Assembly (NCBI GenBank): GCA_965215565.1
Contig: CBDCDZ010000004.1
Location: 192,001-256,000, forward strand
Reading direction: 5' to 3'
Length of the DNA stretch: 64,000 nt
Source of the DNA: Trueperaceae bacterium
GTDB lineage: Bacteria > Deinococcota > Deinococci > Deinococcales > Trueperaceae
The translations under genes and the position numbers were made by a program. The notes under the pieces were generated by a model. That model was given only the letters and a program-made list of their open reading frames with translations. It was not told where the DNA came from and did no database searches. Positions 38,831 through 46,485 of the stretch are shown one piece after another (within the stretch, counting starts at the first letter, position 1; each line of letters begins with the position of its first letter).

Positions 38831-39397
38831 ATGCCCAGAACGCAAGATGCCGAACGCATGACAGTCGAGGAATATCTCGAGTTTGAAGCTAAAGCTGAGG
38901 TCAAGCACGAGTTCGTGGACGGTTTTGTATTTGCAATGGCAGGCGCGAGTAACCATCACAATCTCATTAGCGTGAATCTTATCAGCGCAATTCGTCCTGC
39001 AACGCGCGCTAAAAACTGCCGAGTCTATGCTAGCGACATGAAACTGCGTGTTCCCACGGGTAACTATTACTACCCTGACGCTTTTGTGACCTGCCAAGAA
39101 GATGATTTTGACGGTAACGAAAAAGCGAGCGCTTGCTTCGTTATCGAGATTCTGTCGGATAGCACCTCGGATATTGACCGGGGCGAAAAGCTCCACAACT
39201 ACCGGAAGCTGAAGGGCTTAAAGGCTTACGTGCTCGTATCTCAAAAGAGCAAACTGGTTGAAATCTACCGTGCCCTAGAAGACGGCAGTTGGCGCTACGA
39301 AACCCTCGAGGAGGGCTCGTTCAGCCTGCCCTGCTTAGACCTCGAGCTGAGCTTGGAAGAGGTTTACGAAGACGTTGATTTAGCACCATCTTCCTGA
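38831..39397 (+). CDS. Uma2 family PD-(D/E)xK endonuclease-like protein
   Basis: MTVEEYL..KHEFVDG..MAGAS..H, YYPD, VIEILSDST..DRGEKLHNY. Confidence 0.93.
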   Translation: MPRTQDAERMTVEEYLEFEAKAEVKHEFVDGFVFAMAGASNHHNLISVNLISAIRPATRAKNCRVYASDMKLRVPTGNYYYPDAFVTCQEDDFDGNEKASACFVIEILSDSTSDIDRGEKLHNYRKLKGLKAYVLVSQKSKLVEIYRALEDGSWRYETLEEGSFSLPCLDLELSLEEVYEDVDLAPSS

Positions 39398-39426
39398 CGA
39401 AAGACGTTTATGGCAAATTTGAATGT

Positions 39427-40389
39427 CTACCGGGCGGGCTCCAAAGCCACCGCTCGGTATTGCAGGTAGCTCGAGGGTTGCGCCTCATTCGTTTTCGCAG
39501 GTGTTTCCACTACGTGGCTCTGCGTCACGCGGTAGTCGAACGTCTGCCATTTTCCACCGAGTTTCGCTTTGAGGCTCACCTCTTTCCAACCGTTGCCCTC
39601 TTTTACAACCTCTCCAGCTTTGGGCGCATCCAACCACGTCCAGCCGTGCTCGAGCATCAACGCCTTCTCTGCGATTTGCAAAAACGGGCTTACCAAGCCT
39701 GCCCAACCGCGATAGTGCCCATCTAAGACGCCGATGTCGCCTGCCAACCTCATCAACACCTCGAGTTCCGCCGTACCTAAGTGCGCCCAGCAACGAGCAG
39801 CGGGCAATTCCAACACAGTCGGCGCGAACACGTGACCGCCGAAGTGCGCCGCTCGCCACACCCGCACGTTCGGATCATCCTGCGCCATCTCTCGTGCTTG
39901 CTGATAGAGCCGATAGCCGAACTTGCCACACGCCGCGTCCACCGCGCCCTGCGTGCAGATGAGGAAGTCACGGCAAGTTGCGTGGACGCGGTAGGGTTCA
40001 AAGTCGGATAAGTTTTCAGTGCCTACGAGCGCCGCCCAGATGAGGTCGCTCAACCGCTCTTCAGGGACGAGGTATTCGGTGCGCCGATAGTCTACAAACG
40101 CGCCCTCGGGTTGCTCGAGCACCCAAAACCGCCTATATCCCTCGGGCGCATAAGCCTCATCCGGCGTAACCATGAGCGGGCGGATGCTCAGGGCGGCTTG
40201 TTCCTCCGGTGAGAGGGTATCAAAATACTCGAACAGTTTAGGGATAGCGTCGGGGACGTGTTTAGGGTTGAACCACATCCCTTTGGGCCAGGGGAGCGGG
40301 TTCTCGAGCGCGAAAAACCGCTTCGCGCTCGTTGTGTAACCTGCTGGGTCTAAACCTATTTTTAGGGCTAATTCTGAGCAGAACTGCAT
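39427..40389 (-). CDS. Sucrase/ferredoxin-like (Apd1/Aim32-type 2Fe-2S) protein
   Basis: FLICTQGAVDAACGKFG and WRAAHFGGHVFAPT (C-x8-C...H-x3-H); start ATG 40389 after GGAG. Confidence 0.88.
   Translation of the reverse strand: MQFCSELALKIGLDPAGYTTSAKRFFALENPLPWPKGMWFNPKHVPDAIPKLFEYFDTLSPEEQAALSIRPLMVTPDEAYAPEGYRRFWVLEQPEGAFVDYRRTEYLVPEERLSDLIWAALVGTENLSDFEPYRVHATCRDFLICTQGAVDAACGKFGYRLYQQAREMAQDDPNVRVWRAAHFGGHVFAPTVLELPAARCWAHLGTAELEVLMRLAGDIGVLDGHYRGWAGLVSPFLQIAEKALMLEHGWTWLDAPKAGEVVKEGNGWKEVSLKAKLGGKWQTFDYRVTQSHVVETPAKTNEAQPSSYLQYRAVALEPAR
39461..39547. repeat. 87-bp direct repeat, right copy (inside the 3' end of the sucrase/ferredoxin gene)
   Basis: Identical to 38732-38818. Confidence 0.97.
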
Positions 40390-40390
40390 C

Positions 40391-41329
40391 TCACTCCACC
40401 GTCGCGGCAATCTCGGGAACGAGGTTTTCCAAGAGGTGGTCCAAGCTCAGCACCGTACCGAACTGCAAGGCGTCCACCTCTCACCCCGTGACGTTCAGCA
40501 CGCGCCCCTCTTGCACTGCGCCGAGTCTTGACAGGAGCGGGTTCTCCTCCAGAGGCGGCGTGCCCTCCTCAGCGAAGGGAACGTCCAGAAAGACGAGCAG
40601 GTCTCGGTCCAAGAGGTCTAAACGCTCTTCGCTCAGGTCGGCGTAGAAGCTCTCGCCTGCAATTTGGACGAGTTCTTGCGGCACAACGAAGCCTAAGTCC
40701 TCGAAGAAGCGGGCTCTCGAGTCCTGCGCCGTATAGAAGCCGTACGCGCCGCTGCTGTTCTGATACGCCACCGCCACCGTCTCGTCCGCGAACTCAGGGT
40801 GAGCTTGGCGCACCTCTTCGAACTTCGCCTCCAAGTTGCTCACAAGTCCTTCCGCCCGCTCCGTCTCGCCCACAGCCTCGCCTATGCGTCTCACTTGTTC
40901 TTGCCAAGGCGTGCCGAAGTCGATGTACTCGCCCGACTGCGCGAGCGTGGGAGCGATTTGTGAGAGGGTGTCGTACTCCTCTTGGGTGATGCCCGCGTCT
41001 ACCGCTGTGATGAGGTCGGGCTCCAAAGCTAAAATCGCCTCGTAGTTGAGGCTGCCGTAGGGCATGTTGAGGACTTGAGATTGAGCGCCATTCGCCTCCT
41101 CCTCTGCCCAGGGGAAAATAGCGTCATCCTCATCACCGAAGAAGTAGCGCACCGCGACGGGCTCTACGCCTAGCGCGAAGAGCGTGTCTTGCTCGGTATA
41201 GCCTAAGCTAACGACGCGCTCGGGTCTCTGTTCAATCGTCGTCTCGCCGAGTTTGTGCTCGAGCGTAACGGGAAATTGAGCGTAACCGAGATTTATAAAG
41301 AGGCTGAAGAGGATAAGTATGTGTTTCAT
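40391..41329 (-). pseudogene. Iron-siderophore substrate-binding protein with an in-frame TGA at 40481-40483
   Basis: FPVTLEHKLGETTI..PERVVSLG, EAILALEPDLI, LSQIAPT; the frame continues after TGA as EVDALQFGTVLSLDHLLENLVPEIAATVE*. Confidence 0.75.
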
Positions 41330-41338
41330 CCTGAACTC

Positions 41339-42268
41339 CTAGTTACTCGAGGTTGCTGCACGGGTTTCGGCGTCCGCGAGATAGATCAAGAGGTCGTCCA
41401 AGATGCGCTCCGCCCCAATGAGCCCGATGCCTAAAAACCAGTGGTCGTCACTGACCCTGTAGACCTCATCCGCTTGCACGGCGCTTAAAGACTGCCATAG
41501 CGGACTGCTCGTAAAGGCGTCTAACGCCGTATCATCCGCAGCACCAAAGACACTCATGAAAATGATGTCGCCGTCCATGAGGTTGATTTCCTCTTGGCTA
41601 ACCTGCACCATAAATTCGTCACTGCGTTGCGACTTAGGGCGAGCGAAGCCCACGTCCTCCAAGACCGTGCCGACGAAATTGCCCTTTTGCATCACGCGGT
41701 TTTGCCCCGGCACGAAGCGGATGACGGAGACCTCTTGGGAGGTGTCGGCGGCGTTACGGACAGCCTCTAAGTTCGCCTCGTACTCCCCCATGCGAAGGTC
41801 TAAGACCTCTCGCCGCCCGAGCGCCTCGGCGTAGACCTCGAGATTGTCCTGCCACGCCACCCCGACAGTCTCGGTGAAGACGGTAGGCGCGATTTCGCTG
41901 AGTTGGTCGTAAATCGCTTCGTGGCGCAGGTTGCTACTCAAGATGAGGTCGGGCTGAAGCCCTAAAATCACCTCTAAGTTTGGCTCGCTTATCGTGCCAA
42001 CGAGTTCGACGCCTCCTGTCATCTCGGAGAGGTATGCGGGTAAGCCTAAGCCGGGCAGTGCCTCGACTGCGCCGACGGGTTTCACGCCCAGTGAGAGTAC
42101 TCCGTCTAGTTCGCCCGTGTCTAAGACCACGACGCGCGCCGGGTTCTCAGGCACGCAGGTCTCGCCTGCTGCGTGCGTGACGTTGCGGAAGCCCTCGTTG
42201 CAGGACTGCGCCTGAGCGACGCTCAAAAGAACAAGAAGAGAGGTCAGAAAGAGAAAATAAGGTTTCAC
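41339..42268 (-). CDS. Iron-siderophore substrate-binding protein
   Basis: HAAGETCVPENPARVVVLDTGELD, PNLEVILGLQPDLI, LSEIAPTV; GTG start overlaps the fur stop (GTGA). Confidence 0.93.
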   Translation of the reverse strand: MKPYFLFLTSLLVLLSVAQAQSCNEGFRNVTHAAGETCVPENPARVVVLDTGELDGVLSLGVKPVGAVEALPGLGLPAYLSEMTGGVELVGTISEPNLEVILGLQPDLILSSNLRHEAIYDQLSEIAPTVFTETVGVAWQDNLEVYAEALGRREVLDLRMGEYEANLEAVRNAADTSQEVSVIRFVPGQNRVMQKGNFVGTVLEDVGFARPKSQRSDEFMVQVSQEEINLMDGDIIFMSVFGAADDTALDAFTSSPLWQSLSAVQADEVYRVSDDHWFLGIGLIGAERILDDLLIYLADAETRAATSSN

Positions 42269-42690
42269 TGTGCTCCTTTGCTTGGTTGAAGTTTCGTAGC
42301 TTGGGACGTCTGACACTGCGGACAACGCCCGACGAGGGTGAGTTGACGAGGTTCAAGCCGCCACCCCAACGCGCTCGCCTGCGCTTCTAAGTCGCGCAAG
42401 CAGGCTTCAGAAAGCGCGTCCGGCGCTAAGTCCTGCACCTCGCCGCAGCCTCCGCAGATGAGGTGCGGGTGCGGCGCGGCGCGGCGTTCGAAGAGGCGTT
42501 CGCCTTCGCTGTAGACCTCGCCGATAAGCCCGGCATTGGCGAGTGCGTCCAGGTTGCTATAGACCGTCGAGAGCGCTATCTTGTGACCTTTCACGGCGAG
42601 CCGGTGGTGAACTGTCGTCGCGCTTAGATGCTCGCGTTCGTTCGCCTCGAGCAGCCGCACGATAGCTTGACGGTTAGGACTCTCTTTCAC
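42265..42690 (-). CDS. Fur family transcriptional regulator
   Basis: HLSA, IALSTVYSNL, HPHLICGGCG, CPQC. Confidence 0.92.
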   Translation of the reverse strand: MKESPNRQAIVRLLEANEREHLSATTVHHRLAVKGHKIALSTVYSNLDALANAGLIGEVYSEGERLFERRAAPHPHLICGGCGEVQDLAPDALSEACLRDLEAQASALGWRLEPRQLTLVGRCPQCQTSQATKLQPSKGAQ

Positions 42691-42706
42691 GCGGGCTCCG
42701 AAACGT

Positions 42707-42868
42707 TCACGGACGCTTGCCCTTTAAGGTCAGAGCGCGGCTCACACCGAAGATGACGAGCGCGGCGAGTGAGGCGAGGGCGTAGGCGCTAGGAGCGCTC
42801 AGCGGGGTCAGCAGCCCGAGCGCCAAGATGCTCAGCGTGAAGCTACCGAAGCCTAGTCCTAGTTCCAC
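42707..42868 (-). CDS. Small two-TM membrane protein (53 aa), below the ORF-track cutoff
   Basis: Manual translation MELGLGFGSFTLSILALGLLTPLSAPSAYALASLAALVIFGVSRALTLKGKRP*; purine-rich upstream; first gene after the promoter. Confidence 0.6.
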   Translation of the reverse strand: MELGLGFGSFTLSILALGLLTPLSAPSAYALASLAALVIFGVSRALTLKGKRP

Positions 42869-42920
42869 TGTCACCCTTCTTCCACCTCTTCAGTAGCGGG
42901 CTCGAGTGCGAGCCCTCCTT

Positions 42921-42989
42921 AAACCCGAGCTATCAACTCGGAATAAAGGCATCTTGGCAGATTTAATCCTGTGTGTCAAGGTTGGAATT
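42921..42989 (-). promoter_or_regulatory. Promoter TTGACA-N17-CAAGAT flanked by two candidate Rrf2/IscR-like operators
   Basis: -35 at 42974-42979, -10 at 42951-42956; operator-like 25-mers at 42921-42945 and 42965-42989. Confidence 0.55.
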
Positions 42990-43092
42990 ACGAGAAAGCG
43001 CGTGCTAGACGTGAATCAGAACGATTCCTAACAATGAAGTAGTCGATTTTCTATACGTTTTAGAGAGGTGAATTTGGCGTATAGTAGTTGAA

Positions 43093-43152
43093 AGCAACGA
43101 GCAATGAGTGAAAAGCTTTAGACTCGTTGCTTTCAACTCATTGCTCATTGCT
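43093..43152. repeat. Heptamer-built palindromic repeat, copy 7
   Basis: AGCAACGAGCAATGAGT...ACTCGTTGCT...CTCATTGCTCATTGCT. Confidence 0.85.
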
Positions 43153-43210
43153 GTTTTTATCCTGCAAGCCAGCGCCCTGTCTTTTACACGCGCACGCTGT
43201 CTCATGGGGT

Positions 43211-44134
43211 ATGGACTGCACCACCCTCACGCTAACGCCGACGCCACCTTTTGATTTTGAACAGACTTTGAACTTTGTGAGGCGCTTTCGCGCTCGAGAC
43301 TACGAGCGCAACCCTGCGCATGAGCAAATAGAGGGAAGTGTCCTGCAAAGAGTCGCAAGCGTGAACGGTGAGCCCGTGTTTTTTCGGGTTAGAGATGTGG
43401 GGACGGGTGAGGAATTGGGGCTCGAGATTACCCTTCACGCCAAATCGCTAACGGATGAACTCGTCTATGCTACCCAAGACCGCATCCGCTTCTTTCTCTC
43501 TCTAGACGACGACCTCACGCCCTTTTACACACTCGCCAAACGTGATCCCGCCTTTTCAGACGTCGTTCAAAACCTCTATGGCTACCACGCTTTCAAAGTT
43601 CTAACACCCTTTGAGGCGGCGTGCTGGGCGCTCATCCAGCAGCGCACGCCGAACAGCTTCGCGCACCTCACGATGAAGCGGCTCACAGAACTGTTCGGTA
43701 AGAGTTTGGAGGTTGACGGTGTCACCCACCGCGCCTTTCCCGAAGCGTCGCAGATGTTAGGTAATCCTGAAAAGCGCGTTTTAGAGGCGACGAACAACAC
43801 CCGCAAGACGGAGCGGTTTTTAGACCTCATCCGCGTTTTCACGACTGCCGACGAGGACTTTTTGCGCACTGCGCCTTATCAAGAGGTGTCGAAGTGGCTC
43901 ACGGGAATCAAAGGCATCGGCGCGTGGTCGATTGACTTCATCATGCTGCGCGGGTTGGGGCGCTACGAGCGCACGCCCTGGACGGACACGGGGTTGTTGC
44001 CTGCTATTTCAGGCGTTTACACGGGGGGGCTCGAGATCAGCCAGGGCAGTGCGCGAGAGCTTGCCGAGCGCTACGGCTGGTATCAGGGGCTGTGGGCGCA
44101 TTACGTGAAAACGCACTATTGGGGTGATCGGTAG
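43211..44134 (+). CDS. alkA: DNA-3-methyladenine glycosylase, AlkA/HhH-GPD family
   Basis: TPFEAACWALIQQ, AFP, LTGIKGIGAWS..MLRGLG..PWTD. Confidence 0.85.
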   Translation: MDCTTLTLTPTPPFDFEQTLNFVRRFRARDYERNPAHEQIEGSVLQRVASVNGEPVFFRVRDVGTGEELGLEITLHAKSLTDELVYATQDRIRFFLSLDDDLTPFYTLAKRDPAFSDVVQNLYGYHAFKVLTPFEAACWALIQQRTPNSFAHLTMKRLTELFGKSLEVDGVTHRAFPEASQMLGNPEKRVLEATNNTRKTERFLDLIRVFTTADEDFLRTAPYQEVSKWLTGIKGIGAWSIDFIMLRGLGRYERTPWTDTGLLPAISGVYTGGLEISQGSARELAERYGWYQGLWAHYVKTHYWGDR

Positions 44135-44188
44135 TTAGGGTATAGGGAAAGGTTGACGTGTATAGACCAGTCCGTCAGACTAGTTACT

Positions 44189-44437
44189 ATGCAAACGCCC
44201 GGTGCAAGCGACTTTGAAAAGAAGTGCGCCGCTATCCTAAACGCAATCGACCTGACAGGTGAAACGGTGACGATCTTAAAGGGTGGAAAACTGTTTGCTC
44301 AGCTCATTCCTTCCGAGCAGAGGGTGGTGTATCCGCAAGATACGCTCGAGGGAACGGCGAAAATTGCAGGCGACATCATCGAGCCGCCCTTACCGCCCGA
44401 AGCCTGGGACGCTGAACGCGGTGAGTACGAACCCTAA
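44189..44437 (+). CDS. Phd/YefM family antitoxin, divergent (no adjacent toxin)
   Basis: ASDFEKKCAAILNAIDLTGETVTILKGGKLFAQLIP; promoter TTGACG-N17-CAGACT 7 nt before ATG. Confidence 0.75.
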   Translation: MQTPGASDFEKKCAAILNAIDLTGETVTILKGGKLFAQLIPSEQRVVYPQDTLEGTAKIAGDIIEPPLPPEAWDAERGEYEP

Positions 44438-45513
44438 GAGACCTGCCTCAAACTAGGAAAAAGTCCAAGCTGCACCACCTTACTCGGTCCTTGCAAATTG
44501 CTCACGCTCACCCCAGCGAGCCGCACGGGTAACTGGTTGAGGTTGGCGCGTACAAGCTGCTGAACAAATAAGGTCATCGTCTCTACGTTTTGGAGCGGCT
44601 GCGCAGGCGTCACGGAGCGGGTGACGCTTCGGTAGTGCTGGTCTTTCAGCTTGAGTGTCAGCGTGCGGGCGCAGAGGTCGGCGTTCTCGAGATAAAGCGC
44701 AACGTGTTCTGTAAGTGGCGTGAGCACACTTAATACCTCTTCCTCACGCTGCAAAGGCGTTGTAAAGGTGCGCTCCGCCCCGTACGACTTACGCTCTCTC
44801 GCCTTGACAGGGCGCTCGTCTTGACCTCTCACAATCTGATAGAGAAAGCTGCCGAACTTGCCGAAGTGCTGCTCGAGTTCTCGCAACGGGCACTCTAGCA
44901 AGTCACCTCCGGTAAAAATGCGACGTTCATGCAGCCTCTGAGCCGTCACCGGACCGACGCCGTGAATTTTGGCGACGGGCAAAGCGGTCAAAATCGCGGC
45001 GGCGTCCTCCGGTGTAATCACAGTGAGACCGTCGGGCTTGTTCATCCCACTAGCGAGCTTCGCTAAGAACTTGCCTGCTGCTACCCCTACGGAGACGGTG
45101 AGCCCCGTCTCCTCTTTGACCTCTCGCTTAATGGCTCTGCCGATGAGCGTGCCCGACGCCGGACCCTGCTTGGGCTGCGTTACATCTAAATACGCCTCGT
45201 CGATGGAGACAAGCTCGAGCACATCCGTGTAGCGTCCAAAGACCTCACGGATGGCGAGGCTGAGTTCTTTATAGACGTTCATGCGAGCAGGTACGAAGAT
45301 GAGATGGGGACATAAACGTTTCGCTTGTACGGACGGCATCGCACTATGGACGCCGTAGCGCCGCGCCTCGTAGCTCGCGGTCAAGACCACCCCGCCCTGC
45401 TCGGACCACCCTACCGCGACGGGCTTACCCCTCAACTCGGGTTTATCACGCTGCTCCACGCTGGCGTAAAAGGCGTCGGCGTCGATGTGGAGGATGCGGC
45501 GTATAGGGGGCAC
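44434..45513 (-). CDS. dinB: DNA polymerase IV (Y family)
   Basis: ILHIDADAFYASVE, ASYEAR, SIDEAYLD, AKLASGMNKPDG, VRLAGV. Confidence 0.96.
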   Translation of the reverse strand: MPPIRRILHIDADAFYASVEQRDKPELRGKPVAVGWSEQGGVVLTASYEARRYGVHSAMPSVQAKRLCPHLIFVPARMNVYKELSLAIREVFGRYTDVLELVSIDEAYLDVTQPKQGPASGTLIGRAIKREVKEETGLTVSVGVAAGKFLAKLASGMNKPDGLTVITPEDAAAILTALPVAKIHGVGPVTAQRLHERRIFTGGDLLECPLRELEQHFGKFGSFLYQIVRGQDERPVKARERKSYGAERTFTTPLQREEEVLSVLTPLTEHVALYLENADLCARTLTLKLKDQHYRSVTRSVTPAQPLQNVETMTLFVQQLVRANLNQLPVRLAGVSVSNLQGPSKVVQLGLFPSLRQVS

Positions 45514-45649
45514 AGTCCAGTTTACCGGAGCGCAGCCTCCGCGCCTCTTCGTTCGTTTTTGTTTATGCTCGCTACACCGCTCCTGACAGAACGTTGTCCC
45601 AACCTCTTGTTAGGCTCGAGCCCGTAGACACGAATAGAGAGGTTACGCT

Positions 45650-46039
45650 ATGAAATTCACCCACGCCCGTCTGCTAGTGAGCAACTACGCCGCTTGCTTC
45701 TGCTTCTACCGCGATGTGATGGAATTCGAGGTGGTTTGGGGTGATGAAGCGGGGAGTTACGCCGACTTTAGAGCGGGAGGCAGCGTACTTCTTGCCATCA
45801 ATGACCAAGAGGTGATGAAAGAGGTCGTCGGAGAGTCGGTGGCGAGTGAGAGGTCAGAGAAGGTCGTGCTCATCTTCGAAGTTGACAATTTGGAGAGGTC
45901 GGTTCAAACCTTGACAGGTAGAGGCGCAACTTTCGTTACCGAGATTCAAGAGAGACTTACCTGGGGAATTCGCACGGCGCACCTTAGAGACCCGGCGGGG
46001 AACTTGCTCGAGCTAAACACGCCCTTAGAAACGGTATAG
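45650..46039 (+). CDS. VOC/glyoxalase family protein
   Basis: RLLV..FYRDV, LIFEVD, WGIRTAHLRDPAGNLLE. Confidence 0.9.
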   Translation: MKFTHARLLVSNYAACFCFYRDVMEFEVVWGDEAGSYADFRAGGSVLLAINDQEVMKEVVGESVASERSEKVVLIFEVDNLERSVQTLTGRGATFVTEIQERLTWGIRTAHLRDPAGNLLELNTPLETV

Positions 46040-46044
46040 GGAGC

Positions 46045-46407
46045 GTGACGCTCGCTGACTTACGCGCCCTGTGCCTCGCTAAACCGGGTGCATACGAAGA
46101 CTTTCCTTTCGGTCCCGTCACACTTACTTTCAAGGTTGCGGGCAAACTGTTCGCGCTCTGCAACGTTGAGAAAGAACCTTTAGCCGTCAACTTGAAGTGC
46201 GAGCCCGAACTCGCCGAATTATTGCGCCATAAGTACGACGCTGTCACGCCCGGCTACCATATGAATAAGCGCCACTGGAATACCGTGGTATTAGATGGTA
46301 GCGTACCCTTCAGCGAAGTTGCAACGCTACTTGACCTCTCCTATACGCTCGTCGTAAAAGGGCTCAAAGCGTCGGAGCGAGCCAAGTTACAACTCAGGGC
46401 GATATAG
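46045..46407 (+). CDS. MmcQ/YjbR family DNA-binding protein
   Basis: PFGP..FKVAGKLFAL, NLKCEP, PGYHMNKRHWNTV. Confidence 0.93.
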   Translation: MTLADLRALCLAKPGAYEDFPFGPVTLTFKVAGKLFALCNVEKEPLAVNLKCEPELAELLRHKYDAVTPGYHMNKRHWNTVVLDGSVPFSEVATLLDLSYTLVVKGLKASERAKLQLRAI

Positions 46408-46485
46408 AGCTGCGCCAAAGCTCTAATTTAGAAAGCGTGAACTGTTCTTTGAGGGGGATCAATTCGTCGTGCTAGCTATTTTTCC

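Noticed and set aside
38756..39196. 146-aa minus-strand ORF and other ORFs sharing peptides with the 39460-39859 ORFs
   Set aside because: Antisense shadow of Uma2; the shared peptides come from the 87-bp repeat
40481..40483. Selenocysteine recoding of the in-frame TGA
   Set aside because: Not a redox Cys position in a siderophore-binding protein, and no convincing SECIS-like hairpin seen
3559..43152. Heptamer repeats or MITEs as a CRISPR array
   Set aside because: No regular repeat-spacer periodicity, copies are dispersed, and there are no cas genes
43000..45650. Radiation-desiccation response motif or LexA box near alkA/dinB
   Set aside because: No convincing 17-bp palindrome found by eye
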